A stretch of DNA of 63,808 nucleotides, filler included, from Pirum gemmata (GCA_002812295.1; 10 parts of 10 records of this genome joined end to end with filler, not necessarily neighbours in it), one strand, 5' to 3'; shown: positions 34,293-48,177, counted from the first letter of the whole stretch. Notes: generated from the letters alone by a model not told the origin. Numbers and translations: made by a program.

Positions 34293-36209
34293 TTAAGCAG
34301 CAGAGTAAAGTGGATTTCCATTTTCAACATTTATATCATCATACAACGGATTTTCGTGGTTCCACATTGCGCTTTGTTTTTCATTTTGATCTCCTATGTT
34401 ATCTTTCTTTAAATATTTTGTAGCTGCAAAAGTTGCAGCAACTAACCCAACAACCCCTACAGCCCCAGCCGAAGCGCCTGCAATAACAGGTATTGAATCT
34501 TTACTTTCGTGTGATGAGGATGTAATCGGTTCTGGTGCAGGATTTACATCTGGCGTAGTAGAAGAAGGTGTAACTTCAATTGTTGATGTTGGTTCATTGG
34601 TAACAGTTGTTCCTTGCTTTGGGTTTGCTTTCTGCGTTGTATCTGACGCTGTTGGTGCTCTTGTTGATGGAACATTTAACGTTGTTAGTACTGTTGCTGT
34701 GGTTTTTGTCGTTGTTTCATTGGTAATATCAATTATTTCTGCTGAAGATGTAGAAATAGAGGTTGTTGTAATAGGTAAGGGAATATTAATAGGATCCAGC
34801 TTTGGTAAATCAGGTACCCATTCTTTTATAACCCAGTCAACATAATGGCTCCTCCAAGTCGCGGTGACATTAAGATATTCATTAATATTAGAGTCAATTA
34901 ATGTACTTAATTTGTTAGAGAAAATTTGTGATTCTCTACATTTCCAGTACAGTGTACCAGTGTTTTTTACTTTAAAAGTTTGATTTTCTTCAAACTTTAA
35001 CACATGATAGTTTCCATCATCAAGCCATAATCTTGGTCCCTTATCCATAAGACAAAAGGTAGCACGATTAATGGCCGCCAAGGAAAACTTAAATTCTACA
35101 TTATTACCATCATAACTGACATATACATTAGCAGTATTATGCGCATAATCAGTAGGAATGGAGCTTTCCTTTTGACCACAACGCCACCAAACTCTACCAA
35201 ACATACCTTGGGTTACTGTGGTAGAGTGAGCAACAACATTTCTCTCTTTTATTTCAGTCCATTCACCATCCAAATTGATTTCTAATTTTTGATTACCTGG
35301 GCATTGTTGGATAGTTTGTGAAACAGGTTTACAAAAAGAAGTCCATCGGCAAATGTTGGTAACTAGATTGCTTGAGGACTTTCCGATCATGTTACCAGAC
35401 ATTTCTGCTACTGAGCTCACTAACCAACTCAAGAGCTTAACACCCCGCAACGCAACGCCTAACCCCCCGGCCCATACCATACTGAGGCCAGCTAAAAATG
35501 GAAATGTAGCTACCAAGCTTGCTGACCACGCGCTGAACGAAAAACTTATAGATATAGTTGTTGTAGCTCCCATCATACTAAGAATATAACTAAGAATAAA
35601 ACTCATTTCTGCCACACCTGTTACTATAGCAATAGCAGCAGCGACCCCAGCAACGGCAGTAAAAATAAGAGACACTTTTTTTGCGGTGTTTACAGCTTTA
35701 CCCGTTCTTTCCATTGTGCCTCTACCCCAAGCGGTACTTTCAGCATCATTTTTTACTTGTAATTCATTTCTTTGAATTTCTAAATGTTTTTCCTTGATTG
35801 AACTTGCAATTATTAACTCAACTTCTTTCAGAGACATCCCACTTTGTTTAGCGTACATTAATGTTGATCTTAGCATGGTATTTGCATCTTCAGTGAGGTC
35901 AATCCCTTGCTTAGCTGCCATTTCTAAAATATGTTCATAATCATTGTTGACAACATCAAGAAGAATACTTTTTCCTATATTATCAATTTCAGTGTTATTT
36001 TTTGTAGATGACAAAATTTCTTCAATCTTTTTAACATTACAAGTGCCGATATGAATTTCATTCAAATTGTAAGTAGGATTTTCAACGCTACCATCCCTTC
36101 TAGTTCGTTGACTTTGAACTAAATCAGAGGGTGTTTTGCAAGCATTTGTACTTGCAGCTAAAAGAGCGGTCACGGCAATAATGCCAGAACTAATTTTTGA
36201 AAGAGACAT
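34293..36209 (-). CDS. Type I surface protein: signal peptide, hydrophobic helical region, two Cys/Trp repeats, Thr-rich stalk, TM, double-NPLY tail
   Basis: ATG at 36209 (MSLSKISSGIIAVTALLAASTNAC); 638 aa, intronless; ends WNHENPLYDDINVENGNPLYSAA. Confidence 0.88.
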   Translation of the reverse strand: MSLSKISSGIIAVTALLAASTNACKTPSDLVQSQRTRRDGSVENPTYNLNEIHIGTCNVKKIEEILSSTKNNTEIDNIGKSILLDVVNNDYEHILEMAAKQGIDLTEDANTMLRSTLMYAKQSGMSLKEVELIIASSIKEKHLEIQRNELQVKNDAESTAWGRGTMERTGKAVNTAKKVSLIFTAVAGVAAAIAIVTGVAEMSFILSYILSMMGATTTISISFSFSAWSASLVATFPFLAGLSMVWAGGLGVALRGVKLLSWLVSSVAEMSGNMIGKSSSNLVTNICRWTSFCKPVSQTIQQCPGNQKLEINLDGEWTEIKERNVVAHSTTVTQGMFGRVWWRCGQKESSIPTDYAHNTANVYVSYDGNNVEFKFSLAAINRATFCLMDKGPRLWLDDGNYHVLKFEENQTFKVKNTGTLYWKCRESQIFSNKLSTLIDSNINEYLNVTATWRSHYVDWVIKEWVPDLPKLDPINIPLPITTTSISTSSAEIIDITNETTTKTTATVLTTLNVPSTRAPTASDTTQKANPKQGTTVTNEPTSTIEVTPSSTTPDVNPAPEPITSSSHESKDSIPVIAGASAGAVGVVGLVAATFAATKYLKKDNIGDQNEKQSAMWNHENPLYDDINVENGNPLYSAA

Positions 36210-39169
36210 AATATTATCAGATACTTTAAATAAAAAAAGTTTTTTTGGTGTATTTTTTTTTTTTTTTTTTTTTCCGAGATTTTTTTTGTTTTGTTTGCAT
36301 GTGTTTTCAAAAAAAAAAAGAAAATAATAAAATAATAAACTCTTTTTATTATGATAAATAATAATGTAACTAAAAAGTGTTACCAATAGAACATGAGACC
36401 TACCTAAGTTGGTCTCATAAATAGAACTCCCCGCCCTTCCCCAAAAATATTCTTGTGAATACAACGTAAAGTAACTTTCGATATTTTTTTTTTTTTTTTT
36501 TAACCTTTTAAATTATTTAAATAAAAAAAAAAAAAGCTTTAATTTATTCAAACATTGAGGTTAATACTTGAAGGATATTGCAATGATTTTCTTAAAACTT
36601 CTTCTAGGGTCATACCAATTTGTTTAGCGTTTAATAATGTTTATCTTTTAAAACATGGTATTAGCAGGTTTTATTAAATTTTAAATAAATAATATTATTA
36701 TGTTATATAATATATACTAACTAACATATTCTCGACGTTTAATAAGCCAAAAAATAATTTAATTAAAATGCACATATTATTACTATTTATAACACAACCC
36801 AGTATGCCTATGATATCTTTCTAGTTAAAATTATATTTTAGTATAATAATAATTATATTTTATTAACAAAATAATATTATAATATTGATTTTGTTGATAT
36901 ACAATATTATTCATTACTTTTTTATTTTTTTTTTATTATTTTTTTTTTGACCCGAAATTTACCATTTTATTTCTAATAAACCCAAGTTTATAATTATTAA
37001 TTAAAAAAAAAAAATTGTGTAATTATTTCTAGCCTGAATGGTCACATCGCCAAAATCAAAAATAACTTTTTTCGTTATTTATAAATTACGTTTATTCTGA
37101 TGGATTTTTTTTTTCTACCATAATTATTTTTTAAAAAAAAGAGAAATTTTATTTTTTTTTGAAAAGTGCTATTTTCCTTTTTGCAGTAGGTTACATAAAA
37201 GTTTTATGATTGGTGTTATCAAATACACTTCTTGCAACTTCTTTTAGTAACTTCTTTTACTTTTTTGGTATATTTCCGTTTGTGTTTCTTCTTTTTTAGG
37301 TAATTATTCTTCTTTTGACACTTCTTTTACTTTTTTTGTTTATTTCCTTATTATAGTTGTAATTTGTTGATTTGTTTCATAAAATTTTGGTATTTATAAG
37401 CTTTTAAAAGCTTTTTTAAGTTAATAATTTGATTGTCGTTGGGTTTTGATAGTGTTTTGAATTGTAATTTTTAATACCATAAAACTGTTAAAATATAAGC
37501 AAACTATGATGACTCAAAATATATTACAACACTTTACAACATTCTAAGTAATTGTTTGCAAAAGCTTCAAGTAAAACAAACGGATGATTATTAAAAAAAA
37601 GTTTCACAAAGAGTTAAAAATAGACTTAATTTTAAGTACAAACCTGAGTACAAAAGTCTTAATTTGTACAACTAATAATCCAAGAGCTGGTATGAGCTGG
37701 TATGAGGTATGAGCTGCGTAGGTCTAAAAACTTCTAAGAGCTTTCTTTAGAAGTAACAGTTGGAACTTGAAACTTGAAAGTAACGATCTATATTATGTGC
37801 ATACTATCAATATATATACCATAGCTTATACCATCATAGTCTTACAGTGTATATATCATAATATATAATACTATCATATTGCATTAGGCGACCTGGCCGC
37901 CGCGTCGCGTCCATGATTTGGGACCATGAAAATTGACAGTGAAAATTGATGAAATAGAAGGGGAAAAAAAAACTAAAAATAAATTCACTGATCAGCCAAT
38001 GGTCATTTACTGATCATTTGAGAAAATAATTTCTAATAAAGGAAACATTTTTTTTCTTTAGAAAACATCTAGGAAAACATTGAACAACTGATTGGTTGAA
38101 CTGAAAACAAAAAAACCTTTTACTATTAATTTTTTTGACCACAAAAGTCAAAAGTACCAACCAACTTTGGACATACATGTTAAAACATTTTTACTTTTAT
38201 TTTTTCTTTCTACGATATGATAATTTTTAAAAAAAAATATGAAAAAGTATAAGTTGTATAACATCATGATTTACAAAAAGAAAAAAAGAAAAAAAAAATC
38301 GTTTACTAGAACTAACTTCAAGAGTTCTTTGTAAAAATAACCAGTCTACTGATTATATAGAGTCTACAGACTACAGTATCATAGGAAAAAATTGTATGTT
38401 CTTGAACAATACCCGGCATGACATAATATTCTACTATATTATCATATTTAATGTTATATTATTATAACTGGGAACGTTTTTAATATTATAACAGTAACTA
38501 CTGTAGAATAACTGTAGAATGCTATAACCGTTAGCCCATAATGGTATCTCGCATGACTTGTACAAACTAATTCAAACTATGTACACTTTCTAATCTTGTA
38601 ATATTTGAATTAATCAAGTACCCATGCAACACCCAAAGTAAAGTTCATCTAATCATGGGTACGTTATAATGCAATCTTCTTGGCACCAAAGCTTAACTGA
38701 ACACGCTTCTTAATGCCTAATTTGTAACCATTTATGTTCAACGGTATTGGGTTGGTTTCTTTTTTTTAAAAAATTAAAAAAAAAAAAAGAATATTGTTTT
38801 ATAGAAGAAAATTAAAACATATATATCATAGTAACATTATCATTAATTATTAATAATATTATAGTATATTATCAACTTTTTTACAAACGNNNNNNNNNNN
38901 NNNNNNNNNNNNNNNNNNNNNNNNNNNNNNNNNTTAATTAATTAANNNNNNNNNNNNNNNNNNNNNNNNNNNNNNNNNNNNNNNNNNNNTATTTAATAAT
39001 AATATAATAATATAATATCAACTTTCATAATAATAATAACAATAATAATAATAATTATAATAATTCTTTCATAATATATTAAGATATTAGATATTGCTAA
39101 CATAAATAAATAAATAAATAAATAATAATAACAATAATAATAATAACAAAATTTTAATTAATTAAAAAA

Positions 39170-39343
39170 ATGAGTGCATCACCTTCTATCAATACACTTT
39201 CGTCCATTGCATCTATATCCATGGACATGGACGACTCCACTTTTTTCAAAGAGGAAAACACTGAATTAAGTATTCCTACCGCCAACAACATTACTAACAT
39301 CACTACGCCTGTTATTAATGTTGAAACTGACGGCGTACAAGCC

Positions 39344-39383
<40 letters not shown>

Positions 39384-39736
39384 GCAGTAACCTTTGTAAT
39401 AAACCAAAAAGCTGGCAAAATAGTTCAACGCTAAACATTAATAATTCATTGCGAGTTTTGGGTTCTGAAAATACAAATATCGCAGTATTTGATAGTAGTC
39501 ATGCGAAACCTACTCGTTTTGGAAATACAACATATTTTCTAAACCCCAACTATCACCCAGATGCCATGGTCTGTACCACAGTTATACCTTTTTTTAATGA
39601 AGAAAAGAAGGAATTAAAAAGAACTCTGGAAAGTATCTGGGTATTTTTCTTAAAACTACTCCTTTAATTAATCATTATTATTATAATTGAAATTAAAATT
39701 ATTATTATTATTATACTATTATTATTAACATTATAC

Positions 39737-39779
<43 letters not shown>

Positions 39780-40443
39780 TAAACCCTAACACTAATATTA
39801 ACATTCACCATAACTATGTCGCCATACCCCAGCTACCACGCTTATATCTTTTATTCTTTTTTAAAATCTCAAAAGCAACACTAACTAAAACATTAACTAC
39901 AATCACAGCCATCACGCTTAATTTGTATTCATCCTTATTTATCTAATCTTTATAAATAATAAAGAAATGATAATAATAATAATAATACCATCATAATATT
40001 GTATATTGTACATAATAACAATAATAATTCATTTTTTAAAAGGCCCAAGAAATGGAGTGCGTAAATGGTCACGAGGACGACGAAGATTATGAGTTACAAG
40101 GGATTGAGTTTTACTTTGTTGCAGTGATGGATGGTTATTACAAAGCCTCTCCTTCGATGATTCGGTATGTTGATGAATTGTTTGGAAAAGGTTTGTATTT
40201 TATTATTTTATTATTTTCCTATAATTAAAAGTTTTCGAACACTTGGTTGTATAATTATTTATTGTGTATTTTTGTGTGTGAATGTAGATGTGGATATCTT
40301 GTGTGGGTACGGTGTTTGTGCATCATTTTTATATATTTATTTAAATAATAATAATAATAATTAATAATAATAATAATGATAATGATAATTAATAATTAAT
40401 AACAATGATAATAATATATAATAATAATAATAATAATGATAAT

Positions 40444-40497
<54 letters not shown>

Positions 40498-43400
40498 GAA
40501 TGGAGAAGTGATTTTCAAGACGGTGATCAAGATGATTGCACAAAGATTTTATCAAAGATGAATCCAGACGGTACTTTAGGCCGAGTTGAAATCGCGCCGG
40601 GGAAATTTTTAAATTTGACTTTAATAGTAAAAAAACAAAACCGGAAAAAAACAAATTCTCACGAATGGTTTTTTCGCGCGTTTGTTCCGCATTTTAACGG
40701 CCACTTTGCTTACACCACGGATTGCGGTACATTGTATGCACCCAATTGCTTACACGATATGATTTTATTTTTAGTTAGAAACGCAGACACCGCTGCTGTA
40801 ACCGGACGCCAACGAGTTATGTCTGCAGACATGCAAAGTTTACATAGTGAATCCATGCAAGCGATGTGGTATCGGGCAGCCCAAGCTTACGATTACGAGG
40901 CGTCTATTTCAGCCTTTCAAGGAGCCTTTTCTCTGTGTGGCATGTTACCAGTTTTACCAGGTCCTTGTGGGATGTATAGGGTGAAAGATATTGAAGGTGC
41001 AGCTCTTAATTATTATATGCATTTCATTAATAACACTAGTCCTGATGATGGACTTTTGGCTGGAAATTTAATGTTAGCGGAAGATCGTATTTTATCTTAC
41101 GCAGCTTCTCTGAAAACTGGTCAGTACACTCGTTGGGTACCCTCCGCGATTTTTTATTTTGAAGCCGAAACGGAGTCTATGAAATTTATTGCACAACGGA
41201 GAAGGTGGACTAATGGCACCTTTTGTTGCTACTTGTATTTGTTATTTTTGCATCCGGGTTTAGTTTTTTCAGCACCACGTCATTCTTTTTTTTTTAAAAT
41301 ATCTATATACATTCAGTTATTAATACAAGCAATTTTGTATTGTGTAACTTCCGTGTCACCCGCAATTTTTGTCTCCTTGGTTTATTTTTCGGTGCTTAAT
41401 TTAAATATTGGGAGCGGTGAAACCTCTAATTACATTGCTTACGCTGTTTTATTAACTTATGGCGTTCTTTATTTTGTGTATTCAGTTGGCCATTATTTTG
41501 TTAAGTTTATAGAGTCTTTGTTTACTGTAGTTTTGGTTTGGAATACTGTGATGTTTGCTTTTATTCTAGGGATTACTATCACGACATTCATTAACCAAAA
41601 TTACGTGGCAGTCGCTTTAATAGGTAATTTTTTTGTTTTTATAACTTTGATTATATATATTTTTATTAATATAATATTTTCATTTTTTTTTTTTTTTTTT
41701 TTTTTTTGAACTATACAATTAGGCTTATTAATTTGGTAGATACCAACGTTCGTTTGTTAAATGATATTAGTGATGACTTAGAATATATATAAAAATTCAT
41801 TATTATTGTTAACCACTTTTTGTATTGTATGAATTTCAAGAAATTAATATTTTTTTAAAATAATTATAGTAATTAATAATATTAATAATATAATATTAAT
41901 TACCTAGGTGTCACTGTTGGCTTCCCATTTTTACTAGCTCTTTGTCATAGTTTTGACGTATTTATGATGATGATGTTCAATTTTATTCCATTCTTCGTAA
42001 GTTTAATAATTTATAAGTACCCTAACCCTAACCCTACATTATTATTGCATCATATATTATTATTATTATACGTTGAAATTTTAATTAATTAAATTTTATT
42101 ATTAAACTAATATCAAAAAAACAAAAAAAATACTATAACTAATAGTACATTAAGTTAATATTTTTAAAAAAATTAAAAATTAAATGCTACATAAATTGTA
42201 AAACTACGTTAAATTAATTAATTAATTTATCATTATTATAAAGTTGTTTCTTCCTACTTTCATTCCTTGGTTCATGGCTTACTCTCTCTCTCGAACATGG
42301 GATTTGTCGTGGGGTAACCGACCAGCTAAGGCTGCCGAAGGAAAAGGGATTGATACTAAAAGAAAATTAAAAATTTATGGTGCAATTATTTTGTTTTTAG
42401 CCATGACCGCCAACTACGCACTGGCGGGTATATTTTTTTGGATTAACAGGTAATATATAATATAATAATATTAAAAATAATAATTTGTTTATTTATTTAT
42501 TGGTGGTGGTGCTGGTGGGTAGTAGTAATAATAGTAATGGTGGTGGTGACCATGGTGATAGTAGTAGTAGTAGTAGTAGTAGTAATTATAATGGTTGTGG
42601 TGGTGGTGGTGGTGGTAATAGTAGTAGTAGTAGTAGTAGTAGTAGTAGGTGGTGGTGGTGGTGGTGGTGGCAGTAGTAGTAGTAGTAATAGTAATAGTAT
42701 ATAATCTTCTATGAAATATTAATTAATATATATACATTGTGTATTACTTTACTTTTAAAATTAATTAATAATTAACATTTTTTTTTTTTTTTTTTTTTTT
42801 GTAAAATAATATAATTATCATATAATATTATACAACCAAAAAAAATAAATGAAAGTCTTGACATTATGGTGCTAGTTTCCGTTTCCATAGCAAGTATTGG
42901 CTTATCCCAGCAATTACTTTCTTTTGTCTTTTATTTGGGTTATACTGACCACACCATGTCTTCAGTGTTTAATAATCGTAAAAAAATAACGTTGAAGATA
43001 TTCAGTTTGACCTTGGCCATTTGCTGTCTAGCATTGCTGTATGCCAGTATGTTCACCACAGCTTGGTAATCCTAACCCTAACTCTAACCCTAACTCTAAA
43101 CTCTAACCTTAACTTTAACCCTAACTCTAACTCTAACCCTAACCCTAACCCAAACCCTAACCCTAACCTTAACTTTAACTATAACTTTAACTCTAACCCT
43201 AACTCTAACCCTGATCATAATATTATGTTCTTTTTATGTATATTTTAATCATATATATTATTATACAAAGAAAAAATAATATTAATATAATATACTATAG
43301 CAGTAATAATCACAATAACTACTACAACAACAAAAAAAAACTATCTTTTAAAACTAAAATAACAACACCATTTGTTTGTCAGCAACAAATAAATTACCAC

Positions 43401-44752
43401 AACCACAACCACAACCACAACAATATCAACATATAAAATTCTTAAACCAAACGCCAGTACAACACACTATGACATTAATACTAATTATAATTTATAAACC
43501 AAATTCTAAAAAAGGCTGACGACCAACATTGAAATTTTCAGATATTATGATAACACTACTAATACTTCTGTTGCTGTTGATACTACAATCCCGTCTCAAA
43601 ATTCCACTGGTGAAATTAAATCAGACGGTTATGTACAACTCGGTTATGGTTTATTATTTATTAGTACTAAGTGGCATACTAATTTTCAATACCCCAACGA
43701 TGATATGCAAATCTGGGGCAGTAATATTTTATTTAACGTACCTAATCAAACTTGGTCATTTGCGTTAATTCTTATGTTGGTGGCTACTTTTACTTTTACT
43801 TTGGCTTTTGTTTCTATTATTTATTCGTATGTTGTTACTGATAAAAGTAGAATTTTTGGTGTTAGTGTTTTGTACAGTGCAATAGCAATTGGATCCATGC
43901 TTTTCGGTATTCTGTTATTTCCGTTTTCTTTTAGTTCATTGAAAACTTATCATGTTGGATGGTGGTATAATAACGACCAAGAAGAAGGTTAGTATTATTA
44001 TTATTACTATTATTTGAATTTATTTTTATTTGAATTTATTGCTATTTCTGTTATCTTATTATTATTATTATTATAATTATTTTAATTTTAATTAATTGTA
44101 TTATTATTATTATTCTTATTTTTTGAATTTATTGACACCAACACCAAGACCAACACCAAAGTAAATAGTATTAAATATTGAGGTTAGGGTTAGGGTTAGG
44201 GTAGATACTAATTCAATTCAATTTAAACTTATTAATATTTGTACGTCGTCTAACTAATTATATAACTAATAATAATAGTAATAACAATAACCAATAACAA
44301 TAATAACAATAATAACAATAATATCATCATTAATCATCAAATTTAAAGGTTACATGTGTGGTACTAATACTGGAATGTGGAATGCTGGTGATTGTAAAAT
44401 TTCTTACTCTTACTTTCTAGCTATTATTGCATGCGGTTGTGCTTTACTTTCCCACGGTACCCTAAGGTATACCTTGGACAAAAAATTTGCTAAAGATAAA
44501 GACCACGATATTGACACTTGGTTAAAAGAAAACAAACCACGCATAAAAAACAAACGTAATCAAGCGCAATTACAAGGTTTAGGAAAAGCAAAACAATTCA
44601 AAGATGTAGACGATAAAAATGATTATGGGTTGGTTAATGTTTCTAGGGATAATGATTATCATGATAATAATGATTATTCAGATATTGATACTAGTAAGCG
44701 TGGTGATGATGATGATGATTACGAGAATGTACAAGATATTGATGTGTTGTAA
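39170..44752 (+). CDS. CHS: Chitin synthase (GT2), 8 exons, with a C-terminal LHFPL/claudin-like domain
   Basis: Exons 39170-39640, 40043-40190, 40499-41623, 41908-41996, 42244-42449, 42856-43065, 43515-43987, 44349-44752; all introns GT-AG and phase-compatible. Motifs: VMDG, KTNSHEWFF, DCGT, VLPG, LAEDRIL, QRRRW, SWGNR. Confidence 0.92.
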
Positions 44753-45114
44753 ATATATAAATATTAATTAATTGTATTAATACATTCGTGTTGTTAATAT
44801 TGAATAATTATATAATTATGCATGTATGCATGTGTGTTGTTTATATCTTTTTGTAAGTATTGTTATTGTTATTGTTATATTATTCAAATTTTGTAAGTTT
44901 CTTTTTTATCTTTCGATGGTTTTCGCATCATTATACTATAGCCATATTATATTGTTTATATATTATATTGTTAACGTTTATAACGAATTAAATAAAATTC
45001 AATATTATATATAAAAATAATTTTCTTAGCTTTTTTAATTTTGCCATTTGTATCAAGTTAAATTTAAGTAATTGCACAATATTTTACTCCTCTAGTTATT
45101 AACCGATTTGCAAA

Positions 45115-45148
<34 letters not shown>

Positions 45149-46684
45149 TTATTATTATTATTATTAATTATTAATATTATTAATTATTAATATTATTAAT
45201 TATTATTATTATTATTATTANNNNNNNNNNNNNNNNNNNNNNNNNNNNNNNNNNNNNNNNNNNNTTAATTAATTAANNNNNNNNNNNNNNNNNNNNNNNN
45301 NNNNNNNNNNNNNNNNNNNNTAATACAATAATAATATAATAATAATAATAATAATATAATAATAATAATAATAATATAGTAATAATGATATAATAATAAT
45401 AATAATAATAACATAATAATAATAGTATAATAATAATAATAATAATAATATGATAATAATAATATAATAATAAATGATAATAATAACAATAGAAGAGACT
45501 AGCTAGCTAGCTAGTAGAGTACAGTCTCCTGTCCTGTACTCAAAACCTGTAAAATATAATCTCTGTATACTAACTAAGTCTGTAGAGATATCTGATATAT
45601 TTTCATATCTGTAGAGAGCTAGCTAGCTAGACTACTCTAGTAACTCTACTCCTAGCTAGACGCTAGACTACTTACTGCTAGAGTGAAAAATTATATAACA
45701 AAAAAGGTAACAAAAAAAAGATAATAATGAAGAACAATTGGCGGATACTTCAAAGAAGTTGAAAGAGATCAAACAAATAAAAAGAGATTAAAGAATTCGA
45801 TAACTTTAATTGGTTTATTCAGAAAGCATGATTTACATGAGAAACAAGTACTATTAGAGAAGTTGAGAAGTTAAAAATGAGAACTAGTGGACTCATACTA
45901 CTAGCTAGCTAGCTAGCTAGCTAGTAGCTAGACTCATACTATCGCAGGTATGATAGTGGAGTCTACCTAGCTAGCTCTAGCTAACAGAGCACCATGTCAT
46001 AGTAGTAGTGAGAATCACTGAGTGAGAAATCTGAGTGAGAAATTGAGAGCCACAACCACTGCTGCTCACTGCTCACTGCTCACAACAGTCTCACTCACAA
46101 GTCACAACTCAGCTCACAACTGTTTACCGTTAGTCAGACCTAGATTCAGCCATTACATTGGCCAACTGGCATTTAACTAATAAACTTCTGATAATTTCAC
46201 CAATCACTTGTCAGGGGAAGCTGTCGCCTACTCTAAATACACTACTATAGCTCTATTATCAAGATTATCAATTTATCATACTTCCTCGCATACTCTTCCT
46301 TATTTACTCTTCACTACTGAACCTACGAGACTACTGAACTCACTACTGTATCTGTATGGTTCATTGTCTCATTTTGCTTTATATAAAACAGTGGGCTATA
46401 AAATATATTATATATCCATATTATAATGAACTTGAATACGGTTAAAAATTTGCTACTATCATAAAATTACTATCACTATTCCTATTAATAATATTACTAT
46501 ATTGTATTTACAATTTGCAAGCATAACGTTAACGAAATTGTATATTATAGGCAGCCAAATATCAAAACGTAACTAAACAATAACATATATAATATTATAT
46601 ACCTTTAAATTTTTAGATGATATGTGTTATATTGATATTTAGTCCAGTCTTTTCTATGTGTTCTCTATGCAACCCGCGGGCAAT

Positions 46685-46911
46685 GACCGGGTCCCCTAAA
46701 CTTTCTTTAAAATGCTCATATCTTCATTGCTGTTGTTGCTATGAAGATGCTAATTATTATAAGTATAAAGATTAAGTCATGCAGTATACAATATATAGTT
46801 GTCTTAATCATCATCTTCATATATATATAGTAACAATAACAATATTTATGGATATTTATGGAGGTAATATTTTGCGCGCGTTTGAAAAGAAAGTCTAGGG
46901 TCCCGAGTCAC
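46685..46911. mobile_element. MITE family H with long internal inverted repeats
   Basis: Termini TGACC.GGGTCC..ACTTTCTTT; diverged inverted copy at 47374-47571. Confidence 0.6.
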
Positions 46912-47982
46912 CGCCCATGATTTCAATTAGTATTATTAATAATAACGTTTTAATTAATATAATAACATAATTAAATTTTTAAGAAAACTTCGCTTTTATA
47001 AAAATTAATATCTTTATTAATAAAATATTAATAAGTAATTAGATATTATGTAATGTTGCAATTTCTTCATTTTTTTATTTTTTTCTCACCACTAGTACTG
47101 TCGATGAAACTGCAGAAATCATTTGTTTTCTATTTTTTAAAAGACTTCTTTTCTAAAAACCTTAAAATGCTAACCAGCCAAATTATTATTAAAAACAGGC
47201 CATTGGTTCATAATAGTGTTTTCTCATTTAGATTATTTCTGAAATTTTGACAATTAAAATTGGAGCATTTTAATTAAGATCGTCAGATTTTGAGCTCATA
47301 GACTATGGCGGATTTTGCAATTTTATCTAGCAAAAAATATTAAAATCAATAATATTTTAAAATATTGAAAGATGTGACCTGGGTCCTTACTTTCTTTAAA
47401 CACTCATTATATCTCCATTACCATTGTTACTATGAAGATGATTATTAAGACAACCATAATAGACTGGTATAGTACATGACTTGATCTTTATATTATAATA
47501 ATCATGATCTTCATAACAACAACAGCAATGGAGATATGGGAATTTAAAGAAAGTTAAGGGATGCGGGTCACCCCCCATAGGTTTATGTATGTCGTGTTTA
47601 CCAATAGTGTTGTTAAGTTCAAAAACTGAAATAAAGGTACGAAAGTATTACTATGGTTAAACTATCAGACATGTTTTAATTAATTTGGTATTTTATACTT
47701 ATTTATGTTGTATTTTATAAATAAGTGCAACAATAGTATCAAATCAAAGCTTGAGAGGACAACAGTTGCTGTAATAGACGATACAATATAATATATATAT
47801 GATCCAAGGCTGAATACCCAAAAGCTGAAGATATAAATTTCAGTTTTAATTTGACAAGCTTAATAAGTACTGTGTTCCCCCTGTTTAAATTTGAGAAAAG
47901 TCATTCATAACAATATTGGTATATTAATATTATATCATACGAAACCTTAGATCCATGAGTTACTTTATATAAACTTAATTAA

Positions 47983-48177
47983 CGTGTTTTTCAATAGTGT
48001 TGTCCAGTTCAAAAACTGAAATAAAAGTACCAAATTATTATTATGGTTAAACTATCAGACATGTTTTAATTAATTTGGTATTTTGTACTTAATGTCGTAT
48101 TTTATAAACAAGTTCAATTATATACTTACACACTACCAAATTAAAGATTGGGAGGACAACTGTAATGAAATAGACGA
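47983..48177. mobile_element. MITE family B (~195 bp; ends CGTGTTTTTCA / TGAAATAGACGA)
   Basis: Other copies at ~30348-30537 (reverse), 47592-47781, 58581-58740 and 62954-63146. Confidence 0.8.

Noticed and set aside
34396..34845. Antisense ORFs over real genes (also 692-1135, 4965-5432, 20210-20560)
   Set aside because: Shadow frames of low-complexity coding sequence.
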